Assembly (NCBI GenBank): GCA_964433815.1
Contig: CAYSSP010000006.1
Coordinates: 18,822 to 82,821, forward strand
Length of the DNA stretch: 64,000 bases
Reading direction: 5' to 3'
DNA from: an uncultured Candidatus Cloacimonadota bacterium
GTDB taxonomy: Bacteria; Cloacimonadota; Cloacimonadia; Cloacimonadales; Cloacimonadaceae
Both the position numbers and the translations under genes were made by a program. Shown here one piece after another: positions 53,621-63,005 of this stretch (positions within the stretch are counted from its first letter, which is position 1; each line of letters opens with the position of its first letter). The notes beneath the pieces are model-generated. The model saw only the letters and a list, made by a program, of their open reading frames with translations. It was not told the DNA's origin and searched no databases.

Positions 53621-56082
53621 GACACCGGAATTCCCCAGATTTCAGAGGCATAACGCTTAATCGTCTCATCCGAAGAGAAATCTCTCATTCCGATGATATT
53701 TGCCAGTGAACTGCGATTCCAAGCCAGCGGATCGTTGTAGAGATGGTCAATATCCTTCATGACTCTGGCGTAATCTGGCAAATCCGCTATCAGGCAATAC
53801 TGATCCCCCTTGTGTAAGAGACTTTCTATGATCGGATCAAATAGTCCCGGCTGCATCGGACATAGCAGGTCACTACCCAAAAAGTCGAATATCTCTCTCA
53901 GCATTTCGCTGCTGTGCATTAACTGGTAAGGATGATAATCTCCTGCCTTCAATTCCGCAACCTCCTGAGCAGTCATCCCAAAGATAAAGAAGTGATCCTC
54001 TCCGACCTTCTCCCTCATCTCGATGTTTGCTCCATCCAAAGTCCCAACCGTTAAAGCACCATTCAACGCAAACTTCATATTCCCCGTGCCACTCGCCTCC
54101 GTCCCTGCCAATGATATCTGTTGAGATAGCTCAGCCGCAGGCATGATGCTTTCTGCAAGGCTCACCCGGTAATTTGGCAAGAAATACACTCTAATAAGCT
54201 TTGAGACATCCTTTTCCCGCTCTATCCATGCAGCCAAGGCATTGACCAGCCGGATGATCAGCTTTGCCTGATAGTATCCCGGAGCAGCCTTGCCCGCAAA
54301 GAAGAAGCTGTGGGGCTGGATCCCGTGGTAATCACCGCTTTTAATTCTCAGAGCAAGGTGGATAATGTGCAGTACATTAAGCAATTGCCTCTTGTATTCG
54401 TGGATTCGCTTTGCCTGAAAATCAAAGATCGTATTGGGATTGAGCTTCCATCCGTGTACTTTCTCCAGATGCCCGGCAAAGTCCTGTTTGTTCATCCGCT
54501 TAACTGTCTCCAGCTCCTCCAGGAAGCTGTTATCCTTCATAAACTTATGCAGCTTTTCAAGCTTGCTGATCTTGATCTGCCAATCCGTCCCCAGAGCTTT
54601 ATTGATCAATTCCGTAAGCCTGGGATTGGCAAGCATCAGCCAGCGACGCGGCGTAATACCATTGGTCTTGTTGTTAAATCTCTGCGGATATTGCCTGTAG
54701 AAATGAGGAAAAACCTGCTCTCTGAGCAATTGACTATGCAACTCACTGACTCCGTTTATGCTATGTGAACCCACGATAGCCAGATTGGCCATTCTCACCG
54801 AGCGCACCGGCTCCTCCTCGATCAATGAAAGCTCTTTGATCTCATCATCACTGGCACAGCTGATCCTGATCGCATCGAGAAAGCGCTGGTTAATCTCATA
54901 GATAATCTGCAGATGCCGGGGCAGCAATCTTCCAAACAGCTCTACTTGCCAGCGCTCCAAAGCCTCCGGCAAGATGGTGTGATTTGTGTAGGCAAAGACT
55001 CCCTGGCAGATCTCCCACGCTTTCTCCCAGGCCAAGCCCTTCTCATCAACCAATACTCGCATCAATTCAGCTACTGCCACCGCCGGATGAGTATCATTCA
55101 GTTGAATCGCCACCTTGTGCGGCAAGAGACTCAGATCTTCATTTTGTTTGAGGAATCTTCGGATGATATCGGCAATTGTAGCGCTTACAAAGAAGTACTC
55201 CTGCTTCAGCCGCAGCTCTCTGCCCTGCATATTGTTATCGTTTGGATAGAGCACTTTGGAGATGATCTCGGAGTGATTCTTCTGCTCCACGGCGCCTATG
55301 TAATCCCCTTCGTTAAAGTAGTTCAATTGGAAATCACGCGTAGATTTTGCAGACCACAACCGCAAAGTATTGATATAGTCGTTTTTGTATCCCGGCACCA
55401 GATAATCATAAGCCATTGCCATCACCTGTTCCTCCGGTTGCCAAAAGAGCTTTTTCTTACCTTTGTGATCGGTATGCTCGCTCACCTTCCCGCCGAACGA
55501 TACCGGGAAGAGGTGCTCAGGATGCGGAATCTCCCAGATTGAGCCATACCTGAGCCAGTTGTCCGGACTTTCCACCTGCTCTCCATTCTTGATATGTTGA
55601 AAGAAGATGCCAAATTCATAGCGTATCCCATATCCATAAGCAGGTATTTTTAGCGAAGCCAGGGAGTCCATAAAGCAGGCAGCCAACCTTCCCAATCCGC
55701 CATTGCCAAGCCCCGCGTCCCATTCCAATTCCTTTACGATCTCCATCTCAAAGCCCATCTCTTCAAGTGCTTTGATACTCTGCTTTTGGAGATCGAGATT
55801 GAGGATGGCATTCTCCAAGCTGCGTCCGATCAGGTATTCTAATGAGAGATAGTACACTCTCTTGTGATCCGAGGCATACTCCCGCGGTTGTGTGCGCAAC
55901 CACTTATCGAGCAGGAGATCGCGGATTGCCCCTGCAAAGCTGAGGTAGATATCAAAAGGAGTTGCCGAGAATTGATCTTTGCCTTGGATGTATTTCAAAT
56001 GATGGATGAAACCCTCGATAATACCCGCAACATTAGCGTCCGGATGTGCCGAAACCACCCGATCAGCCATAGTTTTATTCAT
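53617..56082 (-). CDS. glgP: Glycogen/alpha-glucan phosphorylase
   Basis: 'EAGLGNGGLGRLAACF', 'EASGTGNMKFALNGALTVGTLDGANIE' (PLP Lys region). The start is set at MNKTMADR, with GGGAGG 6 nt upstream. Confidence 0.9.
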   Translation of the reverse strand: MNKTMADRVVSAHPDANVAGIIEGFIHHLKYIQGKDQFSATPFDIYLSFAGAIRDLLLDKWLRTQPREYASDHKRVYYLSLEYLIGRSLENAILNLDLQKQSIKALEEMGFEMEIVKELEWDAGLGNGGLGRLAACFMDSLASLKIPAYGYGIRYEFGIFFQHIKNGEQVESPDNWLRYGSIWEIPHPEHLFPVSFGGKVSEHTDHKGKKKLFWQPEEQVMAMAYDYLVPGYKNDYINTLRLWSAKSTRDFQLNYFNEGDYIGAVEQKNHSEIISKVLYPNDNNMQGRELRLKQEYFFVSATIADIIRRFLKQNEDLSLLPHKVAIQLNDTHPAVAVAELMRVLVDEKGLAWEKAWEICQGVFAYTNHTILPEALERWQVELFGRLLPRHLQIIYEINQRFLDAIRISCASDDEIKELSLIEEEPVRSVRMANLAIVGSHSINGVSELHSQLLREQVFPHFYRQYPQRFNNKTNGITPRRWLMLANPRLTELINKALGTDWQIKISKLEKLHKFMKDNSFLEELETVKRMNKQDFAGHLEKVHGWKLNPNTIFDFQAKRIHEYKRQLLNVLHIIHLALRIKSGDYHGIQPHSFFFAGKAAPGYYQAKLIIRLVNALAAWIEREKDVSKLIRVYFLPNYRVSLAESIMPAAELSQQISLAGTEASGTGNMKFALNGALTVGTLDGANIEMREKVGEDHFFIFGMTAQEVAELKAGDYHPYQLMHSSEMLREIFDFLGSDLLCPMQPGLFDPIIESLLHKGDQYCLIADLPDYARVMKDIDHLYNDPLAWNRSSLANIIGMRDFSSDETIKRYASEIWGIPVS

Positions 56083-56172
56083 AACCAACCTCCCGTGTTG
56101 CACAGAGTCAGTATGAATATAAGATAAACAAAAACTACAAAAAGGCGAGCTAACTTACTATCGCTTCCCCTC

Positions 56173-57006
56173 TTATCCCAATCTCTTAATCAACATATTG
56201 GCAGCCACTTCCCGGCTCTCATCCCAAAAGAAAAAGCCACCGGAAAGCAGACGTGGAAGCTCTTGCTCAAAGCGGGTGGAACACACAATCCCGAGCCGTC
56301 TTTTTCTGCGGAAGAAATATCCGAAATAGGGCAGCTCAGCTTCCAGATCTTTGCACGGACTCTCCAGGAAAGTGATCGCCTTTTCACCCTTGCCGCCGAT
56401 CAGATAGATGCTTTGGGGGGTACGGAAGATAGTGGCATTGCGCTTGATAAAATCCAGGCTTTCGGGTTTGTTGCGTACACTCTGCCAGCCCAGCGGAATA
56501 TAGCGGGGATAGTTTTTGAAGATTTCCATCCCATAGTCTTCCACAATTTCCGGCACCATATAGCCGGGCTCTTTGTGATGATCCAGGCTATAAAACGATT
56601 CCACTTGGCAAAACCCAAGCTTCTCTGTCATCTTGAGGCTTTCATAATTCTTGTAATAAGTACAAAATTCAAAGCTCAATGCCCGGTTTTTTTCTTTTAA
56701 CCGATAGGCGAAATCCATAATGTAATCGTTTAGAAGTGTACCTATGCCCTTCCCTTGATACCGGGCGTGAACACGTAATCCTTCTATCCAGATCACATTA
56801 TCGGGAAACTGACTTAGCTTGATACAGGCGATGACCTTGCCGTGAAACTCGGCTACGAAGAGCCAGCGTTCTTTGATCCATTCCTCAATCACTTCCGGGA
56901 GATAGTCCGTTCCATCCCAGATCGTTTTGGAGATGGCGAGCAGGTCCCTTGTATCGCCTGATCTTGCTAGACGTACGATACATTCTCTTAAGTCAAAACT
57001 CATCAT
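56173..57006 (-). CDS. GNAT-family N-acetyltransferase with an extra C-terminal domain
   Basis: 'IEGLRVHARYQGKGIGTLLNDYIMDFA'. The start is set at MMSFDL, with AGGAG upstream. Confidence 0.7.
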   Translation of the reverse strand: MMSFDLRECIVRLARSGDTRDLLAISKTIWDGTDYLPEVIEEWIKERWLFVAEFHGKVIACIKLSQFPDNVIWIEGLRVHARYQGKGIGTLLNDYIMDFAYRLKEKNRALSFEFCTYYKNYESLKMTEKLGFCQVESFYSLDHHKEPGYMVPEIVEDYGMEIFKNYPRYIPLGWQSVRNKPESLDFIKRNATIFRTPQSIYLIGGKGEKAITFLESPCKDLEAELPYFGYFFRRKRRLGIVCSTRFEQELPRLLSGGFFFWDESREVAANMLIKRLG

Positions 57007-57211
57007 GATCTCCTGAAAAACACAATCAGAAATGCTGCTAAATCGTGTCAATAGTTTTATTTTGCACGTAGCCGCTGCAAACTGATCAATGATATCATAC
57101 ATCAACTCTCAACTTATCATGGGCAATCCACAGCCCACCTGCCTTGCAGGGTTTTCTGGTGATTGGCGATGGTTGTAATCGCTTTCACTCTCCTTGGATA
57201 CCACCGTACAG

Positions 57212-57285
57212 CTGCCGTGCTCTAGCCGCGATCATGCCGCGTTCGCGGCATGATCGCGGCAGCAGCGCGGCAAGAGCGCGGCAGG
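57212..57285. repeat. GC-rich palindromic repeat, family C, copy 2
   Basis: The perfect 17-bp stem gccgcgatcatgccgcg (57225-57241), loop tt, then cgcggcatgatcgcggc (57244-57260). It is nested in an outer stem ctgccgtgctct...agagcgcggcag. Confidence 0.8.
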
Positions 57286-57548
57286 ATCTAAGAGGAGAGC
57301 ATTGCGAATTAGAAGGATTGTCATAGCAAATTCAGCCTATATCATCCACCTTTTAACTGCAGCTATCTATCAGCCTTGCAGAGGAATACCTGCATACAAT
57401 GGCATATCCCTATGAGTTCAGGCGGAAGATCAGTTGCTAATAGAGGACAGAATCGCTGTGAACAGGATACCGGGCTATGATAATATCTTGACAATTATCG
57501 CTATTCCGATGCTTTAGCCAAAACTCAATTCCAAAGGAGAAGAGTATT

Positions 57549-59078
57549 ATGCCAAAAGCTTCAATCGCACCGGATGGCAAAGAGTATTTGTTGCCGACTC
57601 CGGAAGAGAACGAAAAAGAACGTCTTATTTTGGAACAAATCACTGCCGAACAGCGGGCTATGGGTCGCAAGATTGTGGCAGTACAGGGCTTGGGATTTGT
57701 GGGTTGTGTGATGGCGACCGTAGTTGCGGATGCCGTCGATGCCTCCGGCAATCCTGTTTATTATGTTCACGGTCATCAAAGAGCCTCCGCCCGTTCATAC
57801 TGGAAAGTTCCGGTGATCAATACCGGAGTGCCGCCGGTAAGCTCCTCCGATCCGGAAGTTCCGGAGATCTTCAAACGCTGTGTGCTGGAAAAGAAGAATT
57901 TCCGTGCTACCAGCGAAGACCATGTTTACACACTCGTCGATGTTGTCGTCGTAGATATACAGCTTGATGCCACCAAGCCCGCATTTGGCGAAGCCGAAAA
58001 GGGTTATTGCGATCTTACCGCATTCCGTGAAGGGATCCGCACTCTGGGCAAGCATATCCGTCCCGATTGCCTGGTCTTGGTAGAAACCACCGTCCCTCCC
58101 GGAACCTGTGACAAAGTAGTGCGTCCCATTCTGGAAGAAGAATTTATCAAGCGTGGAATCGACATCGTCGCCAATCCCCCCTTGGTAGCACATTCCTATG
58201 AAAGAGTGATGCCGGGAGCTAAGTATGTGGCTTCCATCCGCGATTTCTGGAGAGTTTTTTCCGGAGTAAACCAAAAGAGTATCGATCTCTGCCGCGAATT
58301 CCTCACCAATGTGCTCAATGTGAAGGAATACCCGCTTACTCAGCTTGATCACACCAATGCCAGCGAGCTTTCCAAAGTGATGGAAAACAGCTACCGGGCC
58401 ACCAATATCGCCCTTACCTTGGAATGGGCAAAATTCGCGGAGCAGATCGGCGTCGATCTCTTCAAAGTCCGCGAAGCAATCCGCAAACGCAAGGGTACCC
58501 ACGACAATCTGCTGCGTCCCAGCCTCGGGGTAGGCGGATATTGCCTTACCAAGGATCCCGTCCTGGCAAACTGGGCAATGGGAGCATTATTTGGGTTGGA
58601 AGGTTCGCTCGACGTAGCTATTCGCTCGGTAAATATCAATGATACTATGCCCCTGCACACGATAGAACTGATCAAAAAAGCCTATTCGGAACTACGCAAT
58701 CTGAAGATTACGGTGCTGGGAGTATCATACTTGGAGAATTTGGGCGATACCCGCCACTCCCCCTCCAAGACCCTGGTGGAATTCCTGCGCAAGGATTTTG
58801 CCATTGTCAAAACTCACGATCCTTACGTTGAGTCTTGGCCGGAACTGGAAGAGAGCTATGTGGAAAGCGACATAGACAAGGCCCTTGAAGGCGCGGAAGT
58901 AGTGGTTTTTGCGGTTGGACACGATCAATACCGCCATCTCACTCCTGCTGAACTGGTCACCAAAACCGGCAATAAACCTCTGATAGTGGATTGTTCTAAC
59001 TTCCTTACTGATCAGACCCTGGCCGAATACAAAGCTCTGGGCTGCGCTGTGAAAGGCGTGGGCAAAGGCCACGTTTAA
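57549..59078 (+). CDS. Nucleotide-sugar dehydrogenase (UDP-glucose/GDP-mannose dehydrogenase family)
   Basis: Rossmann 'VQGLGFVGCVMA', catalytic Cys 'GVGGYCLTKDP'. About 40 aa of N-terminal extension. Confidence 0.85.
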   Translation: MPKASIAPDGKEYLLPTPEENEKERLILEQITAEQRAMGRKIVAVQGLGFVGCVMATVVADAVDASGNPVYYVHGHQRASARSYWKVPVINTGVPPVSSSDPEVPEIFKRCVLEKKNFRATSEDHVYTLVDVVVVDIQLDATKPAFGEAEKGYCDLTAFREGIRTLGKHIRPDCLVLVETTVPPGTCDKVVRPILEEEFIKRGIDIVANPPLVAHSYERVMPGAKYVASIRDFWRVFSGVNQKSIDLCREFLTNVLNVKEYPLTQLDHTNASELSKVMENSYRATNIALTLEWAKFAEQIGVDLFKVREAIRKRKGTHDNLLRPSLGVGGYCLTKDPVLANWAMGALFGLEGSLDVAIRSVNINDTMPLHTIELIKKAYSELRNLKITVLGVSYLENLGDTRHSPSKTLVEFLRKDFAIVKTHDPYVESWPELEESYVESDIDKALEGAEVVVFAVGHDQYRHLTPAELVTKTGNKPLIVDCSNFLTDQTLAEYKALGCAVKGVGKGHV

Positions 59079-59123
59079 GAAACCCGTCAATTAGATCTAC
59101 AGAGTCTTGTAGGTTAAAGATAT

Positions 59124-59151
59124 AAGGGAGAACTTACGTTCTCCCTTTTTT
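59124..59151 (+). terminator. Rho-independent terminator
   Basis: aagggagaac-ttac-gttctccctt followed by a T-run through 59151. It lies between convergent genes. Confidence 0.75.
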
Positions 59152-59154
59152 ATG

Positions 59155-60603
59155 CTAACGCGTTTCGATCAATTCAGCGATAACCCTGTAAAAGGATCTT
59201 TCCTGCAAATCGACCAGAGGGATTGATACTATGGGCTCGGTGCTGTAGCTGTGTAATACGGGTACGGCAAAACCGGGCTCATCGGATAGCTCGATCCTAT
59301 ATCGGCTTACGCTGAGAGGAGTGCCTGCCAGGCTCTGTATCACAGGGCTCCAAGTGAGTAGCAGGTTACCACCCACCGCCTCTGCCTCCACTTGCTCGGG
59401 AGAATTCAGCCCGGTAATATAGGTATAGGTCTGGGGACTGGATGCCTCATAGAGATCGCCTCCCATACTGATTAATGTACTGCCCTCGGCTTGGAAGAAC
59501 TCAGGCATTATCCCAAAGAGATTTTCGCTGCGGTATTCGACCGTCTGGCTGTAATCTTGGCTTTGGGGAAAGAGCGGATAGGGATCAAAGCTTCCCAACT
59601 CAAAGTACATATCCATTGGGAAATAACCCAGATTGTGGGAGTAATTAGTGCGGAAGTAGTAATCATCCGGCTCGAGCACAAGCTCCGGGGCACCATATAC
59701 AGCCTCATTGAGAGGATCATAAAAGAGCTTGGTAAGGTTCACGGTGGCTCCGGCGCTATCGTCCTGCTTCGTAGTAGCAAAGGGAATTACTGTGGTTCGA
59801 TTGGTAATGGTCTGGGTTCCGATTACGGGGTTCTGGGGATTGAACCACGCAGCAAAATCCGGATCAGCTAAGAGATCTGAGAGGTTACAGCTCATGATCA
59901 GGATGTTGCTGGAACTAACTACCTGACTTTGGATATTGCCAATGCGGATCAAATCGCTGGTGCCTGTGCCGGTGATCTTGTAAAGACCGGGACTGATACC
60001 ACCAAGCGATACGTTCATATAGTTCATAGCCCAGACTATCGTATTGGGATCTGTGGGATCGGCAGCAGGATCTGCTATGATACTCATATAGGAGTTGTAA
60101 ACGGTCCCAAAACTACCGGTGGTGGGGAAGCCTCCGCCCCTGTTTTGTATTGCCATATATAGCTTGGTATCTGAAAACGATACATAATCTGCCACGATAT
60201 CATAGATATTGGTCAAGCTGGTGTTTTGCTCATCCTGCGAGGAAAGAGTGAGCTGGGCTAAGCCGGGTAGATTGGCTCCATCGTAATAAACCGGGAAGAT
60301 GTTGGTCTTGCCTGTGTTTGAAACCTGTTTGGAGCCCAGATAGCTGCGGGCATTGGTGCCGGGAATCTGCTTCTGATAGGTGTAGTAATCCGGATCATAG
60401 AGATCCAGCTCCGCTTCCATGATAGCGGTGGAACCGGGATAGAGCACTTTGTTTGATACTGTGGTACCGGGAACGATCTCCGTCCTCAAATAAAAGCGAT
60501 CCTCAGCATCTTGTCCGCTGTAGCGCAGATTCTGCCAGGCACCGGGGCTAAGCGCAGCCAGAGCGGTGCTAATCGACAACAATGATATCATGATTACTTT
60601 CAT
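59155..60603 (-). CDS. Secreted hypothetical protein ending in an FN3-like domain
   Basis: Signal peptide 'MKVIMISLLSISTALAA'. C-terminal 'LLLTWSP....YRIELSDEPGF....SFYRVIAE'. AGAGG RBS. Confidence 0.6.
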   Translation of the reverse strand: MKVIMISLLSISTALAALSPGAWQNLRYSGQDAEDRFYLRTEIVPGTTVSNKVLYPGSTAIMEAELDLYDPDYYTYQKQIPGTNARSYLGSKQVSNTGKTNIFPVYYDGANLPGLAQLTLSSQDEQNTSLTNIYDIVADYVSFSDTKLYMAIQNRGGGFPTTGSFGTVYNSYMSIIADPAADPTDPNTIVWAMNYMNVSLGGISPGLYKITGTGTSDLIRIGNIQSQVVSSSNILIMSCNLSDLLADPDFAAWFNPQNPVIGTQTITNRTTVIPFATTKQDDSAGATVNLTKLFYDPLNEAVYGAPELVLEPDDYYFRTNYSHNLGYFPMDMYFELGSFDPYPLFPQSQDYSQTVEYRSENLFGIMPEFFQAEGSTLISMGGDLYEASSPQTYTYITGLNSPEQVEAEAVGGNLLLTWSPVIQSLAGTPLSVSRYRIELSDEPGFAVPVLHSYSTEPIVSIPLVDLQERSFYRVIAELIETR

Positions 60604-60713
60604 AAAAACCTCTACAGCAAAGTATGGCGGAAGATCACTGCCGTGTCAAGCTGAGATATAGGGATTATTGGCTCGGTTTTGAGGTATTTTTTCCATAGCG
60701 GCTCAAGCCGGAC

Positions 60714-60742
60714 AAAAAAACCGGCTCAGCGAAATGAGCCGG
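60714..60742 (-). terminator. Rho-independent terminator of the nadB-tmk-protease-regulator operon
   Basis: On the minus strand: ccggctca-tttcgc-tgagccgg followed by T7 (60714-60720), 22 nt after the TAG. Confidence 0.75.
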
Positions 60743-60763
60743 CGAAAAGGCAATGGGAGAGGG

Positions 60764-61390
60764 CTACTTGTTCTTCAGCGATGCCATCTGGGGCTTTACG
60801 TGCACCTCGTAGCAAGTGGGGCAAATGGAGTGGGAAAACATCGTATCGGTGTGTTCCGAGATATAGACCTCCACTTCCTGCCAATAGTTTTTGTCGCTGC
60901 GAACCTTCTTGCAATAGGAGCAGATGGGCAGCAGCTTTTCCAACGAACGTATCTTCTCTACAGCTGTTTCCAGATCCTGGCGTTGCTTTTCCAGCCTAAG
61001 GGAAGATTTGACGCGCATCTCAAGCTCCACTGCAGCATAAGGTTTACTGATATAATCCGTGGCACCCAGCTCGAAGCTGCGACGCAGGGGACCCATATCC
61101 TCCTCAAGCGAGACTGCTGTAATCATAATCACCGGGATGTGGGCTGTTTTGCGGTTTTTTTGGAGCTGCTCCAGCAATTCATAGCCACTGATGCCCGGCA
61201 TAATGATATCCAAAAGGATCAGATCGGGATGCTCTGTCTTTAGACGTTCCAGAGCCTCTTCTCCGCTGATCAGGGAATGTACCCGGTTGAAGCCGGATTG
61301 ATGCAGGATGGCTGAAATCAGGCGCAAATTGTTGATGTCGTCGTCAACGACCCAGACGGTCATGGATTTCAGATCATCATCATAAATCAT
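60764..61390 (-). CDS. Response regulator (REC domain) with a C-terminal four-cysteine domain
   Basis: 'VWVVDDD...DLILLDIIMPGISG' is the REC domain. The C-terminus is 'LPICSYCKKVRSDKNYWQEVEVYISEHTDTMFSHSICPTCYE'. The start is set at MIYDDD, with AGGAGA upstream. Confidence 0.85.
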   Translation of the reverse strand: MIYDDDLKSMTVWVVDDDINNLRLISAILHQSGFNRVHSLISGEEALERLKTEHPDLILLDIIMPGISGYELLEQLQKNRKTAHIPVIMITAVSLEEDMGPLRRSFELGATDYISKPYAAVELEMRVKSSLRLEKQRQDLETAVEKIRSLEKLLPICSYCKKVRSDKNYWQEVEVYISEHTDTMFSHSICPTCYEVHVKPQMASLKNK

Positions 61391-61391
61391 C

Positions 61392-63005
61392 TTACTCTCC
61401 TGCGGTGGGAGGTGCTTGGTTACGGGCGGCATAATCAAACATTTCCTGCAAGGTGCGGAAACGATTGAAGAAATCGATGGCAGCCTGAAGCTGGACATCG
61501 CCACTGATGCTCACTTTGTAGGCTTCGAGATCTCCGTGCACCTTGCCGATCAATTCGCTGCGAATGGAATTGCGGATAAAGGTGGCAGCGCTATCGGCAT
61601 CGGCAGGGCTAAAGCTGATATTCTTGGAACGGGCATAGCCCAAGAACTCGTTGTAAAGGGCATTGGAGACCTGAAAATTGAGAGGAATGTCGTGGCCGTG
61701 ATCGACCAGGTAATCCACCGCAAAATCAAAGAAGACGTTGTTGCGACGTAGCTCGACACCCAGGTTGGTAAGCAGATCGGCATCGACCACCCAATCCGGA
61801 TTGATACCACCACCGCCATAGACTGTGCGTCCATTTACTGTTTGATAAACATGCTCGTGATTGCGCTCGTTTTCCTCGGCGATCTCGGCTTCGGTAAGCT
61901 CCTGGCCTTTGAGCAGCTTGTCATTGCTCATCTTGTGGATGCAGCGTCCGGACTTTATGTAGTAATATGAAGTCGTGACCTTGATTCCACCGCCATTACC
62001 GAGGCGTAAAAGCTGCTGGACACTGCCTTTGCCAAAGGTGGTCTTGCCCATCACCAAGCCTTTGTCCCAATCCTGCAGAGAACCGGCAAAGATCTCTGAA
62101 GCGCTGGCGGATGCTTCATTGACCAGGGCTATGATCGGGTAATTACGCTGAGGAGTGTTGTAACGTGTGTAAAGCGGACGGTTTTCACGGCGTCCGCGGG
62201 TTTCCACCACGAGCTTTCCAGCTCCGATAAATTCATTCACCGTATCTACTGCCTGATCCAGGAGTCCGCCGGGATTCCAGCGCAGATCAATGATCAATCC
62301 GCGGATGTTTTGGGATTCCAGAGTGCCAAGCGCGGTGCGCAGCTCCGAAGCTGTATTCTCGTTGAACTGGGAGATTCGGATATAGCCGACTCCATTGTCC
62401 AGCTTGAAGAAGTAGGGAATACTCTTGATCTGGATAACTTCGCGAATAATGGTAAATTCCAGGGGATCGGCTACGCCCGGACGACCGATGGTAATGCGGA
62501 CTTCGGTGCCGACATCACCACGCATTCTGCGGATCGCTTCATCGGTGCTGGAGCCAACCACGCTGGCACCATCGACCTTTAGAATGCGATCGCCTGCAGA
62601 TATCCCCATCCTAAAGGCAGGAGTGCCTTCTATCGGGGATACCACCGTGATGTAATCGCCCTTCTTATCTATCTGGATACCCAATCCGCCAAAGGAACCC
62701 TTGGTGCTGGTAGTAAAATCGGTAAATTCATCCGGTGTAAAGTAGTTTGTGTGAGGATCGGTGGAGCCCAGCATCCCGACTATTGCGGCTTTAATCAGTT
62801 CTTCATCGCTGAGATCGGTGACATAGGCATCCTTTAGCTTTACCAGTACTTCGCTAAAGAGCGAAATCTGGGAGTAAATGTCGCTGTTGTTGCGAGTGGT
62901 GGCAGTCTGCGCGTAAGCATCTGTTGCCACAAAAAGCAAGAGACCCATCAAGACCCAAATGCCTGCTATCGTAAACAGGGTAATGCGCTGTTTATTCTTT
63001 GTCAT
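61392..63005 (-). CDS. S41-family C-terminal processing (tail-specific) peptidase
   Basis: PDZ 'GGLGIQIDKKGDYITVVSPIEGTPAFRMGISAGDRILKVDG'. Catalytic region 'ALVNEASASASEIFAGSLQD' and 'TFGKGSVQ'. Confidence 0.85.
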   Translation of the reverse strand: MTKNKQRITLFTIAGIWVLMGLLLFVATDAYAQTATTRNNSDIYSQISLFSEVLVKLKDAYVTDLSDEELIKAAIVGMLGSTDPHTNYFTPDEFTDFTTSTKGSFGGLGIQIDKKGDYITVVSPIEGTPAFRMGISAGDRILKVDGASVVGSSTDEAIRRMRGDVGTEVRITIGRPGVADPLEFTIIREVIQIKSIPYFFKLDNGVGYIRISQFNENTASELRTALGTLESQNIRGLIIDLRWNPGGLLDQAVDTVNEFIGAGKLVVETRGRRENRPLYTRYNTPQRNYPIIALVNEASASASEIFAGSLQDWDKGLVMGKTTFGKGSVQQLLRLGNGGGIKVTTSYYYIKSGRCIHKMSNDKLLKGQELTEAEIAEENERNHEHVYQTVNGRTVYGGGGINPDWVVDADLLTNLGVELRRNNVFFDFAVDYLVDHGHDIPLNFQVSNALYNEFLGYARSKNISFSPADADSAATFIRNSIRSELIGKVHGDLEAYKVSISGDVQLQAAIDFFNRFRTLQEMFDYAARNQAPPTAGE

